DNA of 64,000 bases, from assembly GCA_963792585.1 (NCBI GenBank), contig CAWBWI010000001.1, positions 1,280,001 to 1,344,000 on the forward strand. The letters run 5' to 3'. The position numbers and the translations under genes were made by a program. Source of the stretch: Candidatus Eiseniibacteriota bacterium (lineage in GTDB: Bacteria; Eisenbacteria; RBG-16-71-46; CAIMUX01; VGJL01). Numbering within the stretch: position 1 is the first letter of the stretch; every line of letters starts with the position of its first letter. The notes below the pieces were generated by a model, which searched no databases, was not told where the DNA came from, and saw only the letters and a program-made list of their open reading frames with translations. Positions 50,058 to 60,900 of the stretch are shown piece after piece.

Positions 50058-51704
50058 TTACGGTACACGCAGGTAGTGTCCGCGAATCGAACGGACCGCG
50101 GAGATTGCCTCTTGAAGAAGCTGGACCATGATTCCCGACTTTCGCCTGGAATCGACTCCGAATTTCGCGACAGCTTTCCCGTATCCGGCGCCCTTCCGGT
50201 GACCGGACCCTGTCGACCGCAAGTGCTGAAGGTCGCGAAGGAATCGAACCACCCCCTCATCCTCGTCGAATCCTGTGGATACGAAAAAGACCCTGAGCTT
50301 CTCAATCCCCTTAGCTTCCGCTGAGATCTCGCCCGCGCGCGCTTCTATTTCCTTTTCGTTCAGATAATCGATCAGTAGCTTCGTGAGACACAGCACTTGC
50401 TCATCCAACTCCGCCTGCGAATTCGTCACAGGTATCCTCAGCGTATTGAGCAGGTGCGCGTCACCGGGCGATAGTGGCAGAAACAGAGGCCAACCATATT
50501 GTCTCTCCCAGTCAGCTACCAGACACTCGTATTCCTCTCTGAATACGAGGTCCGGTGATTGCGCATCCGTGGGCTCAGCCATGAAGCTCCGCTGGAAGTT
50601 CGTCCGGCTGATGCCGCTTCTAGGTGGGATGTTGAATGAGCGCCAGTGAAGCCGTTCCTCGTACGGCAGGTCCCGTCCGAGATCACCGAGAAACACAACA
50701 ACGTGTGATTCCAGATCGTTGTCTATTTGACAACTCCAGAGGCCAAGACACTCCAGGCTTCCGTCTAAGACTGTATATCGCTCAGGCTCAGCGAAGTACT
50801 TCCCGAGGACCTCACGGCGAAAGTAGACCGGTGTCAGGTAGTTGGCCGCGCCGGGCTTGCCACCGAAGTAGTCGCCGAGTGCTTCGGGATCCGATGTGTG
50901 CTCGACTGCTTCACCGTTCGAATCAACACCTACAATGAACGAAACTGAAGGGCCGCCTGTATCCTCATCGAACGGTGCCACGCCCGCCCGTTCGCGGGGG
51001 GGCGGTTTGAGAATGACCTTGCCAAGTATTCGTGAGAGAGTCACATAGTCTTCCCGAAGGTCACAAGCTTCTACAGTGCGCCTCCATCTTGACGAACTGC
51101 CGCGCTCAACATGCCTTCGGTCGGCCTCCGGAACCTGATCAATAGGGATCCTCGACCACCGAACGGAGTCGATGTAGATTGCGAGGTGCAACGCTGAGCC
51201 TGCCTGAAACTGATGGATGTACCTCGTCTGTGCCCGCACCTCTGTAGCGCCAAGCTGCGCGACATCGATTTCACGGCCCGAGGAGTCAAACGCGAGCAAG
51301 AGACCGCGGGGCCTGTCCTCCGCCAAGTTGTGATACAGTCGGAATTCCTCGGCAAGTTCGCAGTACTGCGGAAACGCTCCGTGAAACGAGCGGCAGAGAA
51401 CGAGGGGTCTGACCCCATCTGACTCACCAAATCGGTGATAGGTCGTGGCCTCTTGGCCGCCGCACGAGGTCTGGATGAAGCCCGGTCTTCCCTCCCCAAT
51501 CCGCAGATCCCAGCCTTCATCGTCGAGGGCGCGCTCGGCAGCATCTCCGTCCAAGAGAGCACACCAAACTCCGAATCGACTTGATCCGTCTTCTCGACTC
51601 ACGTAGAGGGTCTGCCACTGTTCCCTGCCAATAGACCCAAGTAGCTCGCCCATGATGTCGAGTTGGAGAAGGAATGCAATGCTATCAGTCGCCGGTTTGT
51701 CCAT
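50058..51704 (-). CDS. Putative defence protein with C-terminal HEPN-like motif
   Basis: 548 aa; YLTPVYFRREVLGKY...LGDLGRDLPY.E..HW; helical C-terminus with LQHLRSTGSGH (Rx5H). Confidence 0.6.
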   Translation of the reverse strand: MDKPATDSIAFLLQLDIMGELLGSIGREQWQTLYVSREDGSSRFGVWCALLDGDAAERALDDEGWDLRIGEGRPGFIQTSCGGQEATTYHRFGESDGVRPLVLCRSFHGAFPQYCELAEEFRLYHNLAEDRPRGLLLAFDSSGREIDVAQLGATEVRAQTRYIHQFQAGSALHLAIYIDSVRWSRIPIDQVPEADRRHVERGSSSRWRRTVEACDLREDYVTLSRILGKVILKPPPRERAGVAPFDEDTGGPSVSFIVGVDSNGEAVEHTSDPEALGDYFGGKPGAANYLTPVYFRREVLGKYFAEPERYTVLDGSLECLGLWSCQIDNDLESHVVVFLGDLGRDLPYEERLHWRSFNIPPRSGISRTNFQRSFMAEPTDAQSPDLVFREEYECLVADWERQYGWPLFLPLSPGDAHLLNTLRIPVTNSQAELDEQVLCLTKLLIDYLNEKEIEARAGEISAEAKGIEKLRVFFVSTGFDEDEGVVRFLRDLQHLRSTGSGHRKGAGYGKAVAKFGVDSRRKSGIMVQLLQEAISAVRSIRGHYLRVP

Positions 51705-52614
51705 CTGCTCTCCGATCGCGCCCGGTTCGAGACTGGACCGCGTACCACTGGAGTAGTTGCCTCACCCGACACGCGACCATCGCGCTGTCGAACTCGATAT
51801 AGATGACCATATCGCCATCACAAGGATGCGGCAACGAGCCTTCAGTCTACTCAGCAGAGCCCTCCTTGACCTGTCCTCATGCGACGGTACCACCAACCCA
51901 TCGTATTCTCGGGGGCGGGCCCCCTGGGTCCAGTCTGTGCCGATGGCACCGCCGTGCGGACTCTCGAGCGCCGATGAATGGTCGATGGAAGGCGCCGTGG
52001 CGAGTCCAGTCGCGCACGCGCCTGAGTTGGGACAACGGGGGACCGACTTTGCGCTCCCCGAATCACGGCAGCTCCCCCACCACCCCGATCCACGTGTCAC
52101 CAATGACGCCACCTGCCACCGGAGCTGTGCCCACGCTCCTCGCCCGAAACGAACGCAAGCGCTGGTGGAGCCCTCAGGCCGACGCCTGACGATTGATGAC
52201 ATCTACGACCAGGTCCGTCACGTCCGAAGGACCGCGCAGCGCACGGGCAGCCCTTACCCGCGGGAGCGCTTCGGATGACGAGGCGCTGTCGGAACGGCGG
52301 CCGCGCCGAGCCAGGATGAAGTCCACTGGGTAGATGGAATGCACGCGACTTCCGGATACGAACGCGTGGCTTTCCTTCAGCGCACGTGCCTCTTGTCCCG
52401 TGCCTTTCCGTTACCCTGAGACGGGCGGTTCACCGCTTAGTACAGCATTCCACAAGTTCGGTGACTTGTTCATCGACACTCCCCCGCCCGACGTAGCTCG
52501 CCTTGCCCTTCCAGCCTGCGCACCAGCCGCGCCAGATCCCGCCGAGCCCTCGGGGTAGGCGACCGCATCTCCAGAGCCGGCGATCGACTTCCGGCAGGGC
52601 GGCGGCGGATTCGC

Positions 52615-53541
52615 TCAGGGTCCCGGTTCGAGGCGGACCTTGGCCAAGTCTTCCTCAAGATGGAGGAGGTAGCGTCCGGTTACAGCCGGGAAGTTCTCAG
52701 AGCTCACGACGTACGTGAGCTCGAAGTCACCAGGACCTTCGAATCGCGGCGCATAGGCGCCCGAGTCCGTGAAGAGGCTGAACTGCGGGACGAGCGACGC
52801 TTGGTGAGGAATCCAGACCGCGTCGAATTGCCGGTCCATGGCCGGGCGGATGACCGCTGTCGGTTCCACGTATCCCGCCCACTTCGTCTCGACGATCCGA
52901 AGCGGGATGTCGTCTCCATCGGGCAGACGTCGAATCCGGTCGAGGTAGACGTAGCAACCGAGGGCCGGGCGCCACCGGTTGAGGTTTGCGACCCGGACAT
53001 GGAAGAACCGGCCGGTCCCCCGGGCCCCGACCTGGGCGTCTGTGTACTCGGCAGGGTCACGCTCCATCCGCAGCACGTTCTTCCAATTCGGTTTCCACTG
53101 CGGGGCGGCTAGGATCGACTTCCGGATCAGATCGACGAGCACGGCTCGATTCGAGAACTCCACGGGGTTCGCCTGGATCGCCTGCATCATGCCGTCGAGC
53201 TTCAGGGCACCGCCTTCCCGGAAGCAAAGCGCATCGAGCTCGAGAAACGACGCGAGAGCGAGTTCCTGATGGCAGAACAGCGAGCCGCGACAGCGCTCGT
53301 CGCCGGCAGAGCTGACCTCCTCCCGGCAGAAATCCACGAAGAGAAAGTACTCGGAGGTCCGCAGGTGCTCGAAGATGTTCTCCCGCAGGCCGAGGAGACT
53401 GTGCTGTTCGACGGCGACGTATGCGTCGTAGTGCAACTTGTCGACGAGCAGCCGCTCGATTTCTCGCGCGATGACCCGCTCCTCGTCGTCCTTCTGGCCG
53501 CAGCTCACAAAGACCTTGGCCTGAGGTGCTGTCCCATCCAT
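52615..53541 (-). CDS. TIR-like/nucleoside-deoxyribosyltransferase-like N-terminal domain plus beta-sandwich C-terminal domain
   Basis: KVFVSCG...IFEHLRTSEYFLFV...SLFCHQELALA (Glu at catalytic position); GGAGGG RBS. Confidence 0.65.
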   Translation of the reverse strand: MDGTAPQAKVFVSCGQKDDEERVIAREIERLLVDKLHYDAYVAVEQHSLLGLRENIFEHLRTSEYFLFVDFCREEVSSAGDERCRGSLFCHQELALASFLELDALCFREGGALKLDGMMQAIQANPVEFSNRAVLVDLIRKSILAAPQWKPNWKNVLRMERDPAEYTDAQVGARGTGRFFHVRVANLNRWRPALGCYVYLDRIRRLPDGDDIPLRIVETKWAGYVEPTAVIRPAMDRQFDAVWIPHQASLVPQFSLFTDSGAYAPRFEGPGDFELTYVVSSENFPAVTGRYLLHLEEDLAKVRLEPGP

Positions 53542-53705
53542 CGTGATCGGACCCTCCAGATCGCTGGGGCCTTCCTCCGCAGTTGGGAGCCGTGCCGATT
53601 GGCCCCCACTTCAGCTGGGCGCAGTGTACCATGGCCTCCGGTCGGCAAAGGCGTTGCCCGCCGACCAGGTTCCCCGACCAGATCGCAGAGCATGGAGAGC
53701 GGAAC

Positions 53706-54161
53706 ATGCGTCACGCGACGACGGAGTCGCGGCAGGCCGTCGCTCGAGCGCGTTTCTTTCTCGATGGGGCGAAGACCTGTTCCGGTGATGCCCACGTGGA
53801 GTTCGAAGCCTACATTGAGGCCGCGATCATCTTCTCCCGAGCGGCGCTCCATCGTACTCACACGAAGTACCGGCACCACCCTGGGTGTCCGAATTGGTGG
53901 CACTCACTCGCCGGCAACCCCGCGGTGAAGTTCTTCCGGAACGAGCGCGATTGGATCCTGAAGGAGGCGCCACCGAAGATCAGGCAGATCGTGTTTCTGG
54001 CCGGCGCTGGAAGTTCGGATCCGCCGTACCAGCCGGGGCGCGCGACCGAGCATTACTTCTTCGAGACGGGTGTCCCAGCCATCGTCACGGTCGAGCGACA
54101 TCTCACCACCCTCGAGCAGCTGATCCGGGACGCAGATGGGCGCTTCGCCTCTGTCCCTTGA
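53706..54161 (+). CDS. Small helical hypothetical protein (HEPN-like fold possible)
   Basis: ARFFLD...FEAYIEAAIIFSRA...KFFRNERDWILKE. Confidence 0.55.
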   Translation: MRHATTESRQAVARARFFLDGAKTCSGDAHVEFEAYIEAAIIFSRAALHRTHTKYRHHPGCPNWWHSLAGNPAVKFFRNERDWILKEAPPKIRQIVFLAGAGSSDPPYQPGRATEHYFFETGVPAIVTVERHLTTLEQLIRDADGRFASVP

Positions 54162-54458
54162 GATCCCGTTCATAGGAGACTCAACTCGCCGGTGCGTTGG
54201 CGGCCTCACGACTGGAAAGAGGCGCTGGATCTCGAGGTCCACTGCCTGGCTGCCCTCTACATCGTCCGGTCGACGTCCGTGAAGGAGCTGCCGGAGCGTG
54301 TCGCTGCGCCAGCGTTGAAGCCCCAGGTCTCCGCGCCGCTTATATCAGAAACGCCTGAACCGATCGCACACCTATGTGGCCGAATCGATGTTTGGCGGGG
54401 CAGAAGGGCATTCGGGTTGAACGTGCCAAGGCGCGCCTTCAGCCATCAGGCCATCCGT

Positions 54459-55644
54459 TCAGTGGCGCCGAGGCCCCCGTGCCGCCCGCCGCTGGGCTCC
54501 TCTTGGCGCCAGGACCACTTCTGGTTCACAGCGTTTCTTGCAGAACGTCACTCGAATCTCTGGCACGCCATTTTGGCAGATCGTCCATCTCTCCTCGATG
54601 TCCTTGGCGTTGGCAGTTCGAGTCAGATGGTGTATCAAGCCGCTCTCGCGAATGATCGGCGGACTCGTCAGAACGCTTTCGATCTGCGCGGCAGTCAGGT
54701 TCCCATCATCATCGCTTGGAGCCGGGAGTCGGTCCACCAGGTGGCCAACGCTCCGCGAGGAGTACTCGAAATCACTCTTGGCCACGAACTGCAGCAGCGC
54801 TAGCGGCACGGTCCACGATTGGAGCCGCCTAAAGCGCTGGGATAACAGAGATAGAAACACCAGCAACTTATCGACTTGCCGATTCGCCTTCGTCCTGTCG
54901 AAACCAGGCAACCCGACATGGCCAGCATTGATGCGCGATCGCAGGTCGGGCAACTTCGGCCAGTCCCTCAATCGATCGTCCTCCTGTGACAGCCAGTCAT
55001 CGGAAACCAGCAGGTCCGACACCTCCTCACGACTTCCGGCCAAGGCAATGACTACCTTTCCCAATCGGAGAACACTTCCCCGCACTGGAATCTCACCGTC
55101 CCAGAGGATGGGCAACAGAATCGATGCGTGACGGGGGTTGGTGTCGAAATTCATCGAGAAAGAGCAGTGGCAGCTTGTTACGGACCCGAAGATTGCGGAC
55201 CGCCTCTACCGTCGGAACGAAATCCTCGACACTCTGAATGCTGGCCATGTTGAACGCGACGTAGTTGTCGTTCAGCTCTTCCATTGCTTTCGCCAGGGAC
55301 TCAACGAAGAACGACTTGCCTGTTCCCGGAGGCGCGGTAATCAGGAAGCTGAGGGGCCGGTGCAGCGTCAGGTCGTGTGAGTAGTTGTCGATCACTCCAT
55401 GGATCCGTCTGATATCCTCCCGGTGCTTTCGATCGAGGGTCGCATAGTCGCACTTCTCGTGAATCCGGCTGTGGTGAAAGGCCCTGCATATGTGGAATGA
55501 GGTAGCTGATCTGGACTTCAGCTCCAACAGGCTGGCTAATGCCGAAGCGACTGAGTCATCCGGTTCGGGGGCAATCTCACTCGAGCCATGGGCAGGAACC
55601 GCGATCCGCCCTTCCAGTGCTTCCTTGATATCCTCGATCGTCAC
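54459..55644 (-). CDS. AAA+ ATPase, frameshifted just after Walker B (near 55148)
   Basis: PLSFLITAPPGTGKSF, FNMAS, PLLFLDEF then DTNP...LPILWDG, KLPDLRSRIN; removing one T from GAATTTCGAC restores DEFD. Confidence 0.75.
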
Positions 55645-56934
55645 CTCGATCCCTCCGTTCGTCCAAACGCCCGCCATCCGTGTTCCCCACAGCAGCAAGT
55701 GCCAGAAGGCCTGAGAGAGTCTCGCTTGCCATGCGGTCGGACGCAAGATGCGAGTTACTCTGAGGAGTTTTGCGAGCCGGAAGAGCGAGTCGTCTGGCGC
55801 TTGCAAAGCAGGGAGCCCAATGTCGCCTAGCACGTGGCACGGCCGACAATTTCGCGACCACATTCCGCGCCCCCGCAACGTCTGAAGGCACATCATCTTG
55901 CATTCCGATTCTGCTTCCTATGCGCGGCCAAGAGCCGGTCACTGAGGATGCGTCAAGCACGGGCCCCACCCCAACGGGGAGTCGCCAGATGAAGTCCACG
56001 AAGGACCTGCTCGACGAAGGCCGGGGGCGCGCCAAGACTCGGTTCGCCGAGAGGAAAGGGATCGAGGCGCGGAGCTTTTCCATTCGCCGCGAAACCCAAT
56101 GCTCCAACGACGAGATCAGGCATCAGGCCACGGGGCACGGACCCAATGACAAGCTCCGCGTCATAGTCGATCCCACGACGGACGGCACGACAGACGACAT
56201 CCTCCTCTAGGCACCGTCCACGGACCTCGACCTGCAGTTCAAGGGCGCCCTGAAGATCGAGGAGAGGCCGACGCTGTTCACCGACGAGCGGGCAGCCAAG
56301 TAGTAGGCGTTCGGTCGACTGACCGCGATGCGAGTGGGTCAGGCGATCCTGAGCGCCGGACGCGCAAACTTGGAAACGCGGATCGACCGGCTCACGATGC
56401 ATGGTTTTGCTTGGAAGTTGGTGCTCAAGTCGGCCCTGCCGTGCGGGGTGAAGTGACCGTGGCTTCCACCACCGCCCGCGAGCCGCGTTTCGGCCTCCGG
56501 GGCAATCAGGTGTTCTGGAATGCCAGAGGGACGATCGTCTCAGCCTGCTTCCATTCCCCCTACCCCGGGTCCGACACCTGCGTATGGGAGGGGAGGGAAC
56601 GGATCACCCCCGAAATGATGGCCAAGATCGATTGTCACCGGGGACGCGTCGGGTGCGAAGGCTCCCGCAAGACGCCCGTCGAATCGTGCCTTGGGCCACC
56701 AACCGAGTAGAGCGTGAAGACGACCGAGTCGCGGAACCCCAAAACAGCGACCGCCAAGCCGCGAAAGCCCGCCGTGGCGGCGCCGCGGCACGACGAGCCG
56801 ATGGCCAAGGCCATCCTCAAGGGGATCCAGAACGAAGCATAGGGCACAACTCTCAGCAACATGCTCCCGATAACGTCTCAAGCAGCCAAGGAGTCGTCGC
56901 AGTTTACGGTCTTGGCCGGAAGTTCCCCGACGGA

Positions 56935-57909
56935 TCACTCGCTGAGGCTGGTCGGCTCGAATCGATCCCGCCAGCTATGACCTGCCTGAACGGCCAGGCC
57001 GTCGGGCTGATAGCCAGATTCAGCGATCTCACGGTGTGCTTCCTCAGCGGCTGCCCGCGCCACTGCCCACTGCTCATGGAACAGGAACTTCCCGACCGCG
57101 GGGTGGATGCTCACGGCCAAGTCTGGCCCGTCGATCCTCAGGAACTCCCCGGTTCTGCTCAGCATCCGATCACGATCACTGGAATGGACGTCGCCCCCGA
57201 CCACCTCCACCAGCGGTTCGTAGTAGCGACGCCAGGCATCGTGCCCCAGCGATACCTCGATCCGATTCCCTTCGCTTGGAACAGGATCGCGCCAATAGAA
57301 GTGCAAAACGTCGCCGCGTAGGTAGGTGACTGCCCCGACGTGTAGGCTGCAGGCCGTGCCGTTCACGCTCACCAGGCGGAGTGCTTGGTCCTTGGCCTTC
57401 TGTCGAGCTTCCCGAGTGGGAGGGCTGACACGCCCCTTGCACTCGAAGGCATGCCATCGCCCTGTTCCGACCTCCTGACCAACCAGGTCGGGTCTTGAAC
57501 GCCCCGCTAGGACTGGATCCAGCGCGGGGCGAAACACATCAAGATGAAGGAGCCAGGGTGTGTTCAAGAGTCGAGCCGCAATGAGCTTGCAGAAGCTCAT
57601 CCCCAGGAAGTAGTTCACGGCGCCCTTTTCTGTGGGATCGAGGGTCCTCGCTGCGCTTGTCCTTCGTAATCGATGGGCCGCCGGGCTGCTCTGCTCCAGC
57701 GCCATCCGGACCAACGACCAGCGGAAGACAGCCTCGTAAAGCGATGCGTCCCCATGGCGAAACACATACTGCCGGTTGGGACGCCCGACCGTGACGGCGG
57801 CCCATAGGATCTCATTCCAGGTTACTGGCAGGTCGGCGGTCCCGTTTGCCACAGAGCCCGGTGGGAAGTCTTCTGTCTCGTATGGGATCCGGAGCTGTCC
57901 AGCCGGCAT
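56935..57909 (-). CDS. PD-(D/E)xK-type nuclease
   Basis: EKGAVNYFLG, RPDLVG...WHAFECKGR...AKDQA. Confidence 0.72.
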   Translation of the reverse strand: MPAGQLRIPYETEDFPPGSVANGTADLPVTWNEILWAAVTVGRPNRQYVFRHGDASLYEAVFRWSLVRMALEQSSPAAHRLRRTSAARTLDPTEKGAVNYFLGMSFCKLIAARLLNTPWLLHLDVFRPALDPVLAGRSRPDLVGQEVGTGRWHAFECKGRVSPPTREARQKAKDQALRLVSVNGTACSLHVGAVTYLRGDVLHFYWRDPVPSEGNRIEVSLGHDAWRRYYEPLVEVVGGDVHSSDRDRMLSRTGEFLRIDGPDLAVSIHPAVGKFLFHEQWAVARAAAEEAHREIAESGYQPDGLAVQAGHSWRDRFEPTSLSE

Positions 57910-57949
57910 CAGCCCATCCCCCGACAATTCGCGGCTACTCGCGCGCTCC

Positions 57950-60900
57950 TCACGAAGCCAACACCTGCACGAACTCCGCGACAACAGCGATCTCGTTCTT
58001 GTCCACGTTTTGGAGAACGAGCGGCTCGAATCGCGCGTCCGTGCTGTCTGGCTTCAGGCGGATGATGCCGTGCCGCCATCCGCCGTCCGGCGAGGCCACC
58101 TTCTCGCTCTCGTAGACCTTGACCGTGTAGTGACCTCCATGCTCCGGATCTGCAATGTCGCGGTGTTGGACCAGGAGAACCCGTCCCTGCCGGCTGCCGG
58201 CGACAGGCTGGCGGAAGATGCAGTAGGACCCGTTTGGGATTCGTCGGTTCATCGACTTTCCGACAAGTTGCGCCACGAACATGCCATCGGCGATTCTGCG
58301 GTCCGTTACTTCGAGCCACCCAAGCTCCTCAGGCACTTGGCCCTCACTGAATGCGCCGGCGGCAGCCCTGAGGTCATACACGGGAAGATGACGGACGAAC
58401 GGTTCGGCCGCCTGGCGAGGAACCAGGCGAAGAACCGGAGCCACGCGCAGAAGGTCCGAGCGGTCAAGACGCTCTGCCAAGTCCCGAAGACCCTGCTCAA
58501 TCCGTTCAGGCCAGAGGATCACCACGCGGTAGCCAAGCGCACGCAGACGTCGCTCCAGTTCATCGTCGCGACGCTGCACGTGCTCCTGGTGATGTGGGCT
58601 TCCGTGCACCCAGACCACGATTCGGTTCGGGTACAACAGGTCCGCCTCCGTGACAGCGATCCCCTCACCATCACGCACCACGCAGTGTTGCCCAGCGGGT
58701 TTCGGAAACCCACGCCGCTCGAGGTCCTCGATCACACCAGGCTCGGCTCCAATGGCGTTCGCCTTGAGCTCTTCCCAGCCGAGCTCCACATCCTCTCCCG
58801 TCAAGTCCAGATCTGATTCGAGCAGCCTCTGCAGCACCTCGACCACGCCCCGCCGATCGAGAAGATCGTGGTATCCCTGGTTATAGTATGAGAGCAGACA
58901 GTCGTAGCAGGCCCTCTCGCATGCGCCCTCGAGTTCCCGCCCCGATTCGGGGTCCACGTGGAGGAGCTCCAGCGCCCGACGCGCGGTGCGCCGCCACCCT
59001 TCCGCCTCCCATAGATTCCGTAGTAGACCCGTGCCACCTTCGTCTGTCTCGTAGAACAGAACGCGCTTCCGAGATCCCTCGCCCGGAACGTCGAAGAGGT
59101 GGGCTCCGAGCTCCGAGTCCTCCGCACCATACGCGATCTGGAATCCTCCGAGCAGCGCATATGCGAGCGACCAGCCAAACCGCTCGCCGTCATTGGGGGG
59201 GACGGGCAGCTCAAGGGTCACGAGATCGTGGACGCCGTGGACGTAGAGGAGCACTTCCCGGTGGATGTCTTCCTCGGTGCCGCCAGCCGGACACCGGTTG
59301 CGGCCGTTCTCATCCACGTGGGCCTCTTCACCCCCCTCGCTGGCAATCCATGCCCTGCAACGCTCGCAGTAGCGGAAACCGATCTTCGTCCGAGGCGCGG
59401 AGTCGCGATTGACGAGCAGCAGCTCTCCTTGGTGCGATCCCGTGACGGCTCCGAGTACGCCACTTACTTTCGCTCAAGAGTGATCCCTGCTGGGTCACCG
59501 GTCCGAGCCGGTAGTAGGGTCGGACATCGAAACCACGCCGCATCCGCTCTTCTTCATCCGCAGAAATGCGCCCCGACCGCCGAGCCACGGCATCCGGCAG
59601 CTCGAGCACGCGGTCCCGGGCGTGGGCGGCGAGCAGATTCGGCCGCAGATGTTGCAGGCCGCCGCCTGGTTGACCTGATCGCCCAGGAAGAAGTTGCCGC
59701 ACTCGCAGGTCTTGAGGCGGCTCCAGTGATGGGCCTGGCCGCGCGCCCGCGGCTGCGCCTTAGCAACCCGGTACCGCCCTCCGCGGAAGTAGATCATGTT
59801 GAGCGGCGCGAACTCGCGCAGCGCGATGGCCCGGGCTCGAGGCTTCGACTCTTTGCGGTCGGTGAAGTATGCGTTCGAAGCCCGGCGCGGGAATGCGTAG
59901 TTTGGCAGGAAACCCCGTGAGCCCAGGTAGCGGTAGGGATAGAAGTCCCCGTGCCCTTCGCGCATGTCGGCGAGCCGGGCGCTGACCGCCCGCTGCCGAA
60001 TCTCATCCTCGCGCGTGACGCCCGCGTGAGCTTGCCGGGCATGAATCTCGCGGAGCTCCTCCTGAAGGCGCCGATACTCCTCGCGGAAATCGTCGTGCGC
60101 CCGATCGAACTCCTCAGCAAAGCGATCCACGAGCCGCGCGAGGTCCGCCATGGGCACGCCGGCGCGCTCCAGCTCCTCACCAAAGGCATTCCGCGCCGCC
60201 TCGAGGATCGTCGGTCCCGCGCTCGCCACCTTGCGTGACAACTCCTCACCAAAGCTGTCGAACATCGGCAGCCCTGCGATGACATCGGCTTCGTTCTCCA
60301 TCCGCAAGTATTCGCGGCTCTTGCGAGGCAACCGGAGATCGGCGATCTCGAGCACCAGCGCGTTCACGTGTGCCTCGAGCAGCGATCGGTTGTCGAGGAG
60401 GAAACGCGGCGGGGCGATGCGTCCGGAGATCACGCGATCGGGAAAGCGGAAGAAGTACTGGTCGTGTCGACTATAGGGCCCGAAGGTGCCGCAGAAGGTA
60501 ACGATAATCGCGGGCTGGCCGTGGCGACCCGCCCGACCGTGTCGCTGAGCGTAGTTCGCCGGCGAGGGCGGGACGTTGCGTAGAAACACCGCCGAGAGGC
60601 CGCCGATGTCGACTCCGAGCTCCATGGTCGGCGTACAGACGAGGACGTTTAGAGGATCATCCGGCTTCTGGAAGCCGGTCTCGTACTTTCGCCGGTCGTC
60701 GCCTGATACCGCCGCGGAGTGCTCCTGAGCCAGGACTCGGGGTCGAGCCTCCGGCGGGAGGGTGTACTCGGCTCGGAAGAAGTGTGGACCCCATTCCTGC
60801 TCCCGTAGCTCTACCTTGATGCAGTTGGGACACGGTTGTGGGCGAGTCAGCTCCCAGCGCAGACGGCAGCGCGGGCAAACGAGCGCCGTTCGATCTACGC

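Noticed and set aside
51757..52600. ORFs in the gap between the HEPN-like and TIR-like genes
   Set aside because: No consistent coding signal; at most short degraded fragments.
55900..56930. Short ORFs between the AAA ATPase and the nuclease (e.g. MKSTKDLLDEG... at 55990)
   Set aside because: Interrupted by stops and unassignable; possibly remnants, not supportable as genes.
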